Counted from the first letter of the stretch, positions 17,000-25,803 are shown. The stretch is DNA of 32,000 nucleotides from Rhodobacterales bacterium Alpha_02 (GCA_001603295.1 LUYO01000036.1:1-32000); one strand, 5' to 3'. Translations and numbers: made by a program. Notes: generated by a model not told the origin, from the letters alone.

Positions 17000-17127
17000 C
17001 TGACCACGCGCCCAAGCGCAAGCCTCGTCGTTCACGACGAGGTCAAGCGAGGCAGTGGTCATACGGCGCCGCAGGCGCCCCCTTATTGTGGCGAGGAAGC
17101 TCCCGACTCCAGGAGGGAGTGACTCAC
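17000..17127 (+). repeat. 128-bp structured intergenic repeat, copy 2, in the convergent gap between the ThDP-enzyme gene and xdhC; it overlaps the xdhC 3' end
   Basis: Same orientation and length as copy 1. Hairpin 17023-17042 is a perfect 8-bp stem with the same TTCA loop but a different stem sequence. The GGCGCC-GCA-GGCGCC core is conserved. Confidence 0.85.
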
Positions 17128-18093
17128 AGGACTGGCTGACGAGCAGGCCATCTGGGGCAGGCTGTTGCGCACCTGGATCAGTTCGGCGGCGATGGCGACG
17201 GCGATTTCCGCCGGAGTGCGGCTGGATATGCTCAGGCCGACGGGGCCGCGCAGGCGCTCGATTTCGTCGGGGGACAGCTCGAACAGGGCGAGCCGTTCGC
17301 GGCGCTTGTCGGAGTTGCGTTTCGATCCCAGCGCGCCGACGTAGAATGCGCGGGATTTCAGCGCCTCCAGCAGGGCCATGTCGTCCAGTTTCGGGTCGTG
17401 CGTGACGGCGACGATGGCCGTGCGTTCGTCCGTGCCGATCTCGACGACGGCGTCGTCGGGCATCATGGCCAGCGTGGTGGCGCCCTGGACGTGCCAGGTC
17501 TGCAGGAAATCCTTGCGCGGATCGCAGACCAGCACGTGGAAGCCGAGCATGCCGGCGATGTCGGCCAGGGCCTTGCTGGTCTGGTTGGCGCCGATGATCA
17601 GCAGCCGCCACTGCGGACCGTGGATGGCGCGGAATACATGGCTGTATTCTCCGGGCTGGTCGTCCGGCTGGGCGGGGGACAGCCGGCACTGGCCCGTGCC
17701 GGTATCGACCTCGCGCGTGATGGAGCGGTGCTGGCGCATGGCTTCCAGAACCTCCGGCAGCCAGGATGAGCCCGTCAGGTCTTCGCAGAACAGTTTCAGC
17801 GATCCGCCGCAGGGCAGGCCGTACTGGATGATGTCTTCCTGCCGCAGGCCGTAGCTCAGCCAGCCTGCGGGCGCCGGCAGTTCCGCGTGAGTGGCGCGCT
17901 GGATCAGGTCGTCTTCGATACAGCCGCCCGATACGGAACCGACGAGCAGACCGTCGTCGCGCAGCGCGGCCATGGAGCCCGGCTGTCTGGGGGCGGAGCC
18001 CCAGGTGCGGATCACGGTCGCCAGGTGGACGCGATGGCCCGCATCGAGCCATTCCTGCGCTTGCCGCAGTATCTCGTAGTCCAGGGAATACAT
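17083..18093 (-). CDS. XdhC/CoxI-family molybdenum-cofactor insertion chaperone (accessory protein for the Mo hydroxylase)
   Basis: MYSLDYEILRQAQEWLDAGHRVHLATVIRTWGSAPRQPGSMAALRDDG.LVGSVSGGCIEDDL, plus the Rossmann-like part LLIIGANQTSKALADIAGMLGFHVLVCDPR...VGALGSKRN. The start is taken at ATG 18093, preceded by AGGAGA. The ORF-track start (18168) is less likely. The last ~14 codons are encoded by the repeat. Confidence 0.85.
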   Translation of the reverse strand: MYSLDYEILRQAQEWLDAGHRVHLATVIRTWGSAPRQPGSMAALRDDGLLVGSVSGGCIEDDLIQRATHAELPAPAGWLSYGLRQEDIIQYGLPCGGSLKLFCEDLTGSSWLPEVLEAMRQHRSITREVDTGTGQCRLSPAQPDDQPGEYSHVFRAIHGPQWRLLIIGANQTSKALADIAGMLGFHVLVCDPRKDFLQTWHVQGATTLAMMPDDAVVEIGTDERTAIVAVTHDPKLDDMALLEALKSRAFYVGALGSKRNSDKRRERLALFELSPDEIERLRGPVGLSISSRTPAEIAVAIAAELIQVRNSLPQMACSSASPVSHSLLESGASSPQ

Positions 18094-18406
18094 GGTGCTT
18101 CTGTCTCCTGCGATTTCTGTATGGATCCAGGCTTGTCGGCCCGACTCCGTTGGTTTTTGCTTTCCCATGAGTTTATGCGGTTTTTCGAAGATTATCCCTT
18201 ATTATTTTGTGATTGGGCGTCACAGCTTTTCTGATGGAAGACATCAGTCCGCGCCCGCATGGCTTGCCGCGTCGCCGCCGCAGGCGTATCCCCATGGTTT
18301 TTCTGTAGAATTAGAACCATTCGCATTTGATGTCGTTTCGCATGAGGTTCCTGTCATCCGGCATCGACCGCCTGCGTTCCTTTTGCCTTTCTTTTCCGGC
18401 TGTCTC

Positions 18407-18720
18407 ATGAATCAATCCGCTGCACCCCATGTCTCCAGGCGCTGGCCCTGGATTCTTTTTGTTGTCTTGCTGGCATGTCTGGGCGCGTGGTGGTGGGCGG
18501 GAGAGTCGGACGAAGGGGCCGGACCGGCCGTGTCGCGCTATGCCGGACCGGTTCCTGTGCGCGTGGTGGAGGCGGAGCAAGGCACATTCGCCGTGGAGAG
18601 CAGCGCCATCGGCACGGTGACGTCGCTTGCGACGGTACAGGTGCGGGCCAAGGTCGATGGGGAGTTGAAGGAAATCCTGTTCGAGGAAGGACAGATGGTG
18701 AAGGCCGGGGAGGTGCTTGC
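18407..18720 (+). pseudogene. 5' fragment (~105 codons) of an efflux RND transporter periplasmic adaptor (membrane fusion protein) gene, truncated
   Basis: MNQSAAPHVSRRWPWILFVVLLACLGAWWW (membrane anchor), then PVPVRVVEAEQGTFAVESSAIGTVTSLATVQVRAKVDGELKEILFEEGQMVKAGEVLA, the typical start of MdtA/AcrA-like adaptors. Similarity stops near 18720, the frame ends at TAA 18734-18736, and no RND pump gene follows. Confidence 0.75.
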
Positions 18721-19055
18721 TGGCCATCATGCATAACCACTGCTTCAACTCGGCCCAAGGGTTGGCCGCCTATTTGGGCTTGGTGCCCGTGCCACGACAA
18801 TCAGGCAGCTCGGTTCTAGGGCGCTGCTGCCTGGCCAAGAACGGGCCCGGCTCGGTACGGGCTATGTTGTATCTGGCTGCCATGTCGGCAGTCCGATACA
18901 ACCCGCACGTTCAAGCGCTATATACCCGACTTCAAGCCAACGGCAAAAGCAAGATGTCGGCCCTGGGAGCTGCCATGCGCAAACTGGTTCACCAGTGCTT
19001 CGGGGTGCTCAAGACCCGGCATGAGTATCGACCTGACTACGCCTTATCGGCTTGA
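18721..19055 (+). mobile_element. 3' fragment (~105-110 codons) of an IS110-family transposase gene; remnant, with the DEDD catalytic N-terminal part missing
   Basis: FNSAQGLAAYLGLVPVPRQSGSSVLGRCCLAKNGPGSVRAMLYLAAMSAVRYNPHVQALYTRLQANGKSKMSALGAAMRKLVHQCFGVLKTRHEYRPD matches the conserved C-terminal (Transposase_20-type) region of IS110/IS1111 transposases. There is no upstream transposase sequence. The junction position is accurate to about +/-10 bp. Confidence 0.75.
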
Positions 19056-19199
19056 CAATCAACACGGTATCTTCGCCTGCACGCGGGCGGCCCTCAACGG
19101 CGCTGCAGCCAGCACACGGCGCATCCGGCCGGACCTCTTGTCATGCCGCGTTTGGAGGCGTCGTGTTATGTGGGGTCTGTGTTTTGCTGTTGCAGATTC

Positions 19200-19237
19200 C
19201 GTAGGGTGGGCTTCGCTTCGCTCAGCACCACCCTACG
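19200..19237. repeat. REP-like GC-rich hairpin just downstream of the gcdH stop
   Basis: Perfect 10-bp stem CGTAGGGTGG (19200-19209) / CCACCCTACG (19228-19237) with an 18-nt loop and no U-tract on either strand. The GTAGGGTGG...CCACCCTAC type of palindrome is common as an intergenic REP in proteobacteria. Confidence 0.5.
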
Positions 19238-19256
19238 TTCAGCGCCACCCTGCCTG

Positions 19257-20453
19257 TCAGTTTGCGAATGCCTGGATGCCGGTCTGGGCGCGGCCCAGGA
19301 TCAGGGCGTGGACGTCGTGCGTGCCTTCGTAGGTGTTGACGACTTCCAGGTTGACCAAGTGGCGCGCGACGCCGAATTCGTCCGAGATGCCGTTGCCGCC
19401 CAGCATGTCGCGCGCCATGCGTGCGATGTCCAGCGACTTGCCGCAGGAATTGCGCTTCATGATGGAGGTGATTTCGACGGCGGCGATGCCTTCGTCCTTC
19501 ATGCGGCCCAGGCGCAGGCAGCCCTGCAGGCCCAGCGTGATTTCAGTCTGCATGTCGGCCAGCTTTTTCTGGATGAGCTGGTTGGCGGCCAGGGGGCGGC
19601 CGAACTGCTTGCGGTCCAGCGTGTACTGGCGCGCGGTGTGCCAGCAGGCTTCTGCGGCGCCCAGCGCGCCCCAGGCGATGCCGTAGCGGGCCGAGTTCAG
19701 GCAGGTGAATGGGCCGCGCAGGCCGGTCACGCCGGGCAGGCGCTGTTCTTCGCCAATCTCGACTTCGTCCATGACGACTTCGCCGGTAATGGAGGCGCGT
19801 AGGCCGACTTTGCCGTGGATGGCAGGGGCGCTCAGGCCCTTCATGCCTTTCTCGAGGATGAAGCCGGCGATCTTGCCGTCGTCTTCGCCTCCGACGACTT
19901 TCGCCCACACGACGAAGACGTCGGCGATGGGGGAGTTGGTGATCCACATTTTGTTGCCGCTGATGCGGTAGCCGCTCTCGGTGCGCGTGGCGCGGGTTTC
20001 CATGCCGCCGGGGTCCGAGCCGTGGTTGGGCTCGGTCAGGCCGAAACAGCCGATCCATTCGCCGCTGGCCAGCTTGGGCAGGTATTTGCGTTTCTGTTCT
20101 TCGGTGCCGAATTCATTGATGGGGACCATGACCAGGGAGGACTGGACGCTCATCATGGAACGGTAGCCGGAGTCGATGCGTTCGACTTCGCGGGCGATCA
20201 GGCCGTAGCAGACGTAGTTCAGGCCGGCGCCGCCATATTCGGCGGGGATGGTGGCGCCGAGCAGGCCCAGTTCGCCCATTTCCCGGAAGATGGAAGGATC
20301 CGTCTGCTCGTTGCGGAAGGCTTCCATGACGCGGGGCGCCAGCTTGTCCTGCGCATAGGCCAGGGCGGCGTCGCGCACCATGCGCTCGTCTTCCGTAAGT
20401 TGTGTGTCGAGCAGCAGGGGATCCTGCCAGTGGAAAGAAGGGTTGGATGACAT
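19257..20453 (-). CDS. gcdH: Glutaryl-CoA dehydrogenase (acyl-CoA dehydrogenase family)
   Basis: 398-aa protein [28 protein letters not shown]...[21 protein letters not shown]...[22 protein letters not shown]...[14 protein letters not shown]. This is a typical GCDH sequence pattern. I trimmed the ORF-track start (20483) to ATG 20453. Confidence 0.88.
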   Translation of the reverse strand: MSSNPSFHWQDPLLLDTQLTEDERMVRDAALAYAQDKLAPRVMEAFRNEQTDPSIFREMGELGLLGATIPAEYGGAGLNYVCYGLIAREVERIDSGYRSMMSVQSSLVMVPINEFGTEEQKRKYLPKLASGEWIGCFGLTEPNHGSDPGGMETRATRTESGYRISGNKMWITNSPIADVFVVWAKVVGGEDDGKIAGFILEKGMKGLSAPAIHGKVGLRASITGEVVMDEVEIGEEQRLPGVTGLRGPFTCLNSARYGIAWGALGAAEACWHTARQYTLDRKQFGRPLAANQLIQKKLADMQTEITLGLQGCLRLGRMKDEGIAAVEITSIMKRNSCGKSLDIARMARDMLGGNGISDEFGVARHLVNLEVVNTYEGTHDVHALILGRAQTGIQAFAN

Positions 20454-20485
20454 GGTTTGATCTCCGGTCCAGAATGTACACAACT

Positions 20486-20532
20486 ATAATGTGCATTATT
20501 CGAAATCATCAATTGATAAATTTGCACATTAT
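20486..20532. promoter_or_regulatory. Candidate LysR operator in the gcdH / LysR divergent region: perfect 10-bp inverted repeat ATAATGTGCA-N27-TGCACATTAT, plus a third related half-site AATGTACA at 20473-20480
   Basis: Read directly from the sequence. It sits in an AT-rich 97-bp divergent intergenic region (20454-20550). Confidence 0.4.
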
Positions 20533-20550
20533 TGTGTGGCGGGAGCAAGG

Positions 20551-21450
20551 ATGAGGAATGGTATTCCCAATCTGGGCGCCTTGCAGGCGTTCGAGGCTAC
20601 GGCCCGGCTGGGCACGTTCTCCCGCGCCGCCGAAGAGCTGTCGCTGACGCACAGCGCGGTGTACCGGCAGGTGGCCGGGCTGGAGCACAGCCTGGGCGTG
20701 CAATTGTTCAACCGGGTCAGGCGGCGCGTCGTGCTCACGCCGCAGGGGGCGGAGTATGCCGCGCGCGTCCGGCACCACCTGGAGCAACTGGAAAAGGATA
20801 CGTTCGGTCTGCGCACGCGGTCGGGGCTGGGGCGCAGCCTGCATATCGCGGTACTGCCCACGCAGGCCACGACCTGGCTGATCCCCCGCATGCCGGATTT
20901 CCAGCGCAGGCATCCCGACATTACCATCAGCCTGTCCGCGCGCACCCTGCCGTTCCAGTTCAATGATCACCCTTACGACGCCGCCATCTATCACAGCGAG
21001 CAGCCGTGGCCGCGCACGCGCAGCGTCAGGCTGTTCGCGGAGGGGGAACTGCTGCCGGTGTGCCGGCCGGATCTGCTGGAGGGAGAGCGTGGCGCGCCCG
21101 GGCTGCAGGGACTGCCGCACTTGCACATGATGTCGCGGCCGGATGCCTGGCGCGCATGGTACCGGCAGCACGGGCTGGAGTTTTCGCCGCTGATCAGCGC
21201 CGGGCCGCAGTACGAGCTGTTCAGCATGACGCTGGCCGCGGTGCGGGCGGGCATGGGCGTGGCCCTGGCACCCAGGTTCCTGGTGGCGGATGCCATTGTC
21301 CGCGGCGAGCTTGCCCTGGCGGGGCCGGGTGGCCTGACGGTGGCGGAAAGCTATTTCTTCGGCTACCCGCTTACGGACGAAGAAGGCAGCGATGCCCTGC
21401 AGGTTTTCGAGCAGTGGCTGATCCGCATTGCGCGGGCGGAATCGGCGTAA
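20551..21450 (+). CDS. LysR-family transcriptional regulator, divergent from gcdH (GcdR-like arrangement)
   Basis: The N-terminal wHTH LGALQAFEATARLGTFSRAAEELSLTHSAVYRQVAGLEHSLGVQLFNR is followed by a LysR substrate-binding domain. The start is taken at ATG 20551, after GGGAGCAAGG. The ORF-track start (20491) lies in the AT-rich operator region. Confidence 0.88.
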   Translation: MRNGIPNLGALQAFEATARLGTFSRAAEELSLTHSAVYRQVAGLEHSLGVQLFNRVRRRVVLTPQGAEYAARVRHHLEQLEKDTFGLRTRSGLGRSLHIAVLPTQATTWLIPRMPDFQRRHPDITISLSARTLPFQFNDHPYDAAIYHSEQPWPRTRSVRLFAEGELLPVCRPDLLEGERGAPGLQGLPHLHMMSRPDAWRAWYRQHGLEFSPLISAGPQYELFSMTLAAVRAGMGVALAPRFLVADAIVRGELALAGPGGLTVAESYFFGYPLTDEEGSDALQVFEQWLIRIARAESA

Positions 21451-21517
21451 ACTGGATTCGGGGATAAAGCATGGCCCGGCGGATGCGGGCCGGGGTTTTC
21501 GCAGAGGAAAGACAGTG

Positions 21518-22924
21518 ATGGACTTGGGCGCCCTGTCGGGCATCGTAGGAACGGAACACGTATTGATGGGCGATGCGGCGCGCGCCAGCGAGCTGGACTG
21601 GCGCGAGCGCTATGCGGGCAAGGCGCTGGCCGTCGTCAGGCCCGGTTGCACGGAAGAGGTCGCCAGGGTGGTGCGCTGGTGCGCCGACCGGGGGATAGGC
21701 ATCGTCCCGCAGGGCGGGAACACAGGGCTGTGCGGCGGCGCCACGCCGGACATGTCTGGCACGCAACTGATTCTGTCCCTGCAACGGCTCGACCGGATAC
21801 GCGCCATCGATACGGACAACGACACGCTGGTCGCCGAGGCGGGCTGCGTGCTGCAGGCCATCCAGGAGGCCGCGCGCAATGCGGACCGGTTGTTTCCCTT
21901 GAGCCTGGCGGCCGAAGGCAGCTGCACCATCGGCGGCAATCTTGCGACCAATGCGGGTGGCACGCAGGTGCTGCGCTACGGCAATGCGCGCGAGCTGGTG
22001 CTGGGGCTCGAGGCCGTGACGGCAAGCGGCGAGATCATGCATGGCCTCAAGGGGCTGCGCAAGGACAATACCGGTTACGATCTACGCAACCTGCTCATCG
22101 GCAGCGAAGGCACGCTGGGAGTCATTACGGCGGCGACCCTGAAGCTGTACCCGCAGCCGGTGGCCCAGCGCACGGCGCTGCTGGCGCTGCGAAGCATCGA
22201 GGATGCCGTGACGGTGCTGGCGGCGGCGCGCAAGGGCTTCGGAGCGGCGCTGACCGGATTCGAGCTCATTGCCGGCAGTTGCCTGCATGGGGTGGTGCGC
22301 TGCTATCCGCAGCAGCGCATTCCTTTCGATGGTGCATCGGCGGCCATGCCATGGTTCGCCTTGCTGGAGCTGTCGGACAGCGAAAGCGCCGGGCATGCGC
22401 AGGAACGCTTCGAGACCGTGCTGGGCGCCCTGATGGCGTCAGGGCATATCGCCGATGCCGCCATTGCCGAAACCGTGGCGCAGAGCCGCGCGCTCTGGCA
22501 TTTGCGCGAGAGCATTCCGCTGTCGGAAAAGGCGTTCGGGAAAAGCGTAAAGCACGACATTTCCCTGCCGGTATCGGCGATCGCACGGTTCGTGACGGAA
22601 ACCAATGCCCTGCTGCAGCAGTCGTTCCCCGGCGTCGAGCACGTGGTCTTCGGCCACCTGGGCGATGGCAACCTGCACTACAACGTGGCGGCCGGCACGG
22701 GGCGCACGGAAGCCGAGCTGCTGGCGCAGCAGGACCGCATCTTCGCCATCGTGCTGGACAGCGTGGCGCGCTTCGACGGCTCGATCAGCGCCGAGCACGG
22801 CATCGGCCAGCTCAAGCGCGGCCTGCTGCCGCGCTACAAGGACCCGGTCGCCATGGCGCTGATGCGGGACATCAAGCGGGCGCTGGATCCGCTGGGCATC
22901 ATGAATCCCGGCAAGCTGCTTTGA
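21518..22924 (+). CDS. FAD-binding oxidoreductase (GlcD / D-lactate / D-2-hydroxyacid dehydrogenase family, FAD_binding_4 + FAD-oxidase_C)
   Basis: 468-aa protein. Motifs: VVRPGCTEEVARVVRWCADRGIGIVPQGGNTGLCGGATP, and C-terminal SAEHGIGQLKR...DPLGIMNPGKLL. I trimmed the ORF-track start (21428) to ATG 21518, after GAGGAAAG. Confidence 0.85.
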   Translation: MDLGALSGIVGTEHVLMGDAARASELDWRERYAGKALAVVRPGCTEEVARVVRWCADRGIGIVPQGGNTGLCGGATPDMSGTQLILSLQRLDRIRAIDTDNDTLVAEAGCVLQAIQEAARNADRLFPLSLAAEGSCTIGGNLATNAGGTQVLRYGNARELVLGLEAVTASGEIMHGLKGLRKDNTGYDLRNLLIGSEGTLGVITAATLKLYPQPVAQRTALLALRSIEDAVTVLAAARKGFGAALTGFELIAGSCLHGVVRCYPQQRIPFDGASAAMPWFALLELSDSESAGHAQERFETVLGALMASGHIADAAIAETVAQSRALWHLRESIPLSEKAFGKSVKHDISLPVSAIARFVTETNALLQQSFPGVEHVVFGHLGDGNLHYNVAAGTGRTEAELLAQQDRIFAIVLDSVARFDGSISAEHGIGQLKRGLLPRYKDPVAMALMRDIKRALDPLGIMNPGKLL

Positions 22925-22961
22925 GAAAATGGAGGGCGGCGGCCTTCGGGCCGAAGCCTGC

Positions 22962-22986
22962 GCAAGCCGCGCGACAAGCGGCTTGC
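22962..22986. terminator. Candidate bidirectional terminator hairpin between the convergent FAD-oxidase gene and purU
   Basis: Perfect 9-bp stem GCAAGCCGC (22962-22970) / GCGGCTTGC (22978-22986) with a 7-nt loop, followed by ATTT on the + strand. A second small hairpin, CGGCC-TTCG-GGCCG, lies at ~22939-22952. Confidence 0.45.
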
Positions 22987-23011
22987 ATTTCCGATCGCAT
23001 CGGGCTCGCGC

Positions 23012-23860
23012 TCAGCGGAAGATGACGGTGCGGTCGCCGTTGAGCAGGATGCGGTGCTCCACATGGAAGCGTACGGCGCGCGCCAGCACTTTCGATTCGA
23101 TGTCGCTGCCGATACGCACCAGTTCGTCCGGGCTGAAGGAGTGGTCCACGTGTTCGATGTCCTGGGCGATGATGGGGCCTTCGTCCAGGTCCGCCGTGAC
23201 GTAGTGGGCCGTTGCGCCGATGATCTTCACGCCGCGGGCATGCGCCTGGTGATAAGGCTTGGCGCCCTTGAAACCAGGCAGGAAGCTGTGGTGGATATTG
23301 ATGGCGCGCCCGGCCAGGGTCTTGCACATGTCTTCGGACAGCACCTGCATGTAGCGGGCCAGCACGACCAGGTCCACGTTCTCGCGTTTGGCCAGGTCCA
23401 GGATCTGCGCTTCCTGCGCCGCCTTGGTTTCCTTGGTGACAGGATAATGGTGGAAGGGAATGCCGTAGGACTGCGCCAGGGCTTCGTGGTCCTTGTGGTT
23501 GGACGCAACGGCGGCGATGGTGACGGGCAGTTGCCCGCTGTGCACGCGGAACAGCAGATCGTTCAGGCAGTGGCCCTGGCGGCTGACCAGCAGCAGCAGG
23601 CGGGCCTTGCGCTGCACATCATGGATCTGCACATCCATGTCGAAGCGCGAGGAAACCGACTGGAAGGATTCGAGCAGGGCTTCGGCCGTGGTGGCTATGG
23701 GCAGGCTGAAATGCACGCGCAAGAAGAAGCGCTCGCTGGCGGCATCGCGGAACTGCTGCGAATCGATGATGTTGCCGTGGCTGTTGAGCAGCCATCCGGA
23801 AACACTGTGCACGATGCCGATGCGGTCGGGGCAGGACAGTGTCAGGATATAGTCGTTCAT
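23012..23860 (-). CDS. purU: Formyltetrahydrofolate deformylase
   Basis: 282-aa protein. The N-terminal ACT-like domain MNDYILTLSCPDRIGIVHSVSGWL is followed by the formyltransferase core VLARYMQVLS...INIHHSFLPGFKGAKPYHQAHARGVKIIGATAHYVT.DLDEGPII.Q. Confidence 0.92.
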   Translation of the reverse strand: MNDYILTLSCPDRIGIVHSVSGWLLNSHGNIIDSQQFRDAASERFFLRVHFSLPIATTAEALLESFQSVSSRFDMDVQIHDVQRKARLLLLVSRQGHCLNDLLFRVHSGQLPVTIAAVASNHKDHEALAQSYGIPFHHYPVTKETKAAQEAQILDLAKRENVDLVVLARYMQVLSEDMCKTLAGRAINIHHSFLPGFKGAKPYHQAHARGVKIIGATAHYVTADLDEGPIIAQDIEHVDHSFSPDELVRIGSDIESKVLARAVRFHVEHRILLNGDRTVIFR

Positions 23861-23908
23861 ATATCTTTTGAATTCAACAGGTTGAAGCTGATGCCGGTAT
23901 TGCGGGCC

Positions 23909-24451
23909 TTAGCGCTCGACGATGATTTCGGCGACGGGCGGGGAATGATGAAAGCGCCTCGAGTGGTGGATCAACGGTTGCGCGTTGGTCCAGGCGCATG
24001 CATGGACGGCGCCGATGAAAATGGCGTGATCGCCCGCGTCGTGCTGATGATGATTGCGGCATTCGAACCAGGCCGAGCAGTCAGGCATGTCCAGCATCCA
24101 CAGGCCCGAGCGGGAACGCTTCAGCGGAATGCCTTCGAAACGTTCCTGCTGCGAGCCTTTGGCGAAGCGGTAGGCAAGGTCCTGCTGCGCCGCGGACAGT
24201 ACATGGATGACGTAGCCTTCGGCCTGGCGCATATGGGCTATCGAAGCCGATTCCAGCTTCAGGGTCCACAGCACCAGTGGAGGTTCCAGCGACAGCGAGC
24301 TGAAGGAGCTGATGGTCATCCCGATGGGACTGCCGTCGGCGGCCTGCGCCACCACGACGGTAACGCCGGTGGGAAAACGCGACAGTGCGGAACGAAAGTA
24401 GCTCTGATCGAATGCGGGCGTAGCAGGATTCATGCCGTGGAGAAGGATCAT
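23909..24451 (-). CDS. Flavin reductase family protein (flavin reductase-like FMN-binding domain, HpaC/NtaB-type)
   Basis: [46 protein letters not shown]...DHAIFIG.V. The start is taken at ATG 24451, which forms an ATGA overlap with the pdxH stop. ATG 24433 (MNPATP) is an alternative. The ORF-track start (24577) is rejected. Confidence 0.8.
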   Translation of the reverse strand: MILLHGMNPATPAFDQSYFRSALSRFPTGVTVVVAQAADGSPIGMTISSFSSLSLEPPLVLWTLKLESASIAHMRQAEGYVIHVLSAAQQDLAYRFAKGSQQERFEGIPLKRSRSGLWMLDMPDCSAWFECRNHHQHDAGDHAIFIGAVHACAWTNAQPLIHHSRRFHHSPPVAEIIVER

Positions 24452-25080
24452 GGGGCCAGACGGCTGACCAGCCACAGGCCTTCCGCGTTGCGCTCGTAGA
24501 CCAGCCTGTCGTGCAGGCGGGAGGGGCGGCCTTGCCAGAACTCCAGGCGTTCGGGCGCCAGGCGGAAACCGCCCCAATGTTCGGGACGCTGGGGATGCTC
24601 GCCCAGACTCTCGCCCAGGCTGGCGGTATTGGCTTCCAGCGCTTCGCGCGTAATGGGGCGGCTTTGCGGAGAAGCCCAGGCGCCGATGCGCGAACCGAGC
24701 GGGCGGCTGTGGAAGTACTCGTCCGATTCCTGCTCCGAGGTGCGGGAGACGCTGCCTTCGATGCGGACCTGGCGCTCCAGCGCCGGCCAGAAGAAAAGCA
24801 GGCTGGCCTGAGGATTTTCCTGCAGATCGTGTCCCTTGCGGGAATCGTAGTTCGTGAAGAACACGAAGCCGCGTTCGTCGTAGCCCTTGAGCAGCACGAT
24901 GCGGGCCGACGGCCGGCCCTTGGCATCGGCGCTGGCCAGGGTCATGGCGTTGACTTCGGATACCTTTGCGGCAAGCGCTTCTTCGAACCAGGCATCGAAC
25001 TGGCGGAACGGATCGTCGGCCAGGGATGATTCCAGCAGTTCGTTCTTGGAGTAATCGTGGCGTATGTCGGCGACAGACAT
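24448..25080 (-). CDS. pdxH: Pyridoxamine 5'-phosphate oxidase
   Basis: 210-aa protein [35 protein letters not shown]...[38 protein letters not shown]...RIEG...[18 protein letters not shown]...WGGFRL.P...[13 protein letters not shown]. This is the canonical PdxH pattern. I trimmed the ORF-track 397-aa extension. Confidence 0.92.
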   Translation of the reverse strand: MSVADIRHDYSKNELLESSLADDPFRQFDAWFEEALAAKVSEVNAMTLASADAKGRPSARIVLLKGYDERGFVFFTNYDSRKGHDLQENPQASLLFFWPALERQVRIEGSVSRTSEQESDEYFHSRPLGSRIGAWASPQSRPITREALEANTASLGESLGEHPQRPEHWGGFRLAPERLEFWQGRPSRLHDRLVYERNAEGLWLVSRLAP

Positions 25081-25118
25081 GGAGGGCTCGCAGGGGAAAA
25101 TCGGGATAAACGACAAGT

Positions 25119-25748
25119 TTACCCGTTCAGGGCCGACTCCGTCTGCAATTGCCGCATCAGCGCTTCCAGCCGGGCGTCCTGTATACCCGATCGGCGCAGG
25201 GCGCGCGATGTCTCGACGACATATTCCAGGCATGGGCCGTAGGTGCCATGCGCGGTCCGCACGATGTCGATCAGCCGCTCCTGCGGCAGATCGCGCACGT
25301 AGGCGTCCGTGTGCCGGTTCATCACGAAGGCCAGAGCGGCGACGGGACCATCGTCCGTGCGCGTCTCCAGCCACTTCGGCGTATATGCGCCGCTGGGCAT
25401 TTCCCTGCGCCACAGCGCGTCCATCGTGTCCGCGATCCGGTTGGCGGGAATGCGGTACACCACGCCCTTGCAGGAGCCTCCCGCATCCAGCCCGAAAACC
25501 AGGCCGGGCTGTTCCGGGGTGCCGCGGTTGATGCGCGACCACAGGCACAGTGATCGGTGGTAGCCGCGCAGCAGCGCCATCCGCTGTTCGGTGAAATCGA
25601 ATTCCGGGCGCCAGATCAGCGATCCGTATCCGAATACCCACAGATCCTGGCCGGTATCCCTGCCGAGCAGCGCCTGGCGCAGCGAGGCGCTGCGTTCTTC
25701 GTCGGACAAGACGCGAAATGGCCTGGGAGTGACTGCGGAGGATGGCAT
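25119..25748 (-). CDS. chaC: ChaC-family gamma-glutamylcyclotransferase (glutathione-specific)
   Basis: 209-aa protein with [24 protein letters not shown]...[22 protein letters not shown] and E.....Y. These are ChaC hallmarks. Confidence 0.85.
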   Translation of the reverse strand: MPSSAVTPRPFRVLSDEERSASLRQALLGRDTGQDLWVFGYGSLIWRPEFDFTEQRMALLRGYHRSLCLWSRINRGTPEQPGLVFGLDAGGSCKGVVYRIPANRIADTMDALWRREMPSGAYTPKWLETRTDDGPVAALAFVMNRHTDAYVRDLPQERLIDIVRTAHGTYGPCLEYVVETSRALRRSGIQDARLEALMRQLQTESALNG

Positions 25749-25803
25749 GGTCGTGCGAGAAAAACGGTTTACTGGCGGAAACAGGGCCAGAATGCGTATG
25801 ACG

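Noticed and set aside
16724-18052. 442-aa minus-strand ORF overlapping xdhC in another frame and running into the ThDP-enzyme gene.
   Set aside because: Extremely Arg/Pro-rich nonsense-like sequence. The XdhC frame (17083-18093) carries the conserved family motifs.
18092-18406. First 105 codons of the ORF-track ORF 18092-18736, upstream of the efflux adaptor start.
   Set aside because: This is an AT-richer region with no protein-like pattern, and it overlaps the xdhC start and promoter region. The adaptor homology begins at ATG 18407 (MNQSAAPH..., membrane anchor).
19056-19199. Possible outward promoter (TTGACA at 19052-19057) or small gene (ORFs 19021-19332, 19143-19802) downstream of the IS110 fragment.
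   Set aside because: There is no properly spaced -10 element, and the ORFs have no coding signature and overlap gcdH antisense. The region is most simply the residual IS right end plus the gcdH 3' UTR.
24448-25641. 397-aa ORF-track extension of pdxH. Similar long N-terminal extensions were trimmed at 1179, 7901, 8605, 11968, 12906, 13636, 15003, 20483 (-), 20491, 21428 and 29253 (-).
   Set aside because: The extensions overlap the upstream genes out of frame and are Arg/Pro-rich. Internal starts coincide with RBS-like sequences or ATGA overlaps, and with the expected family N-termini.
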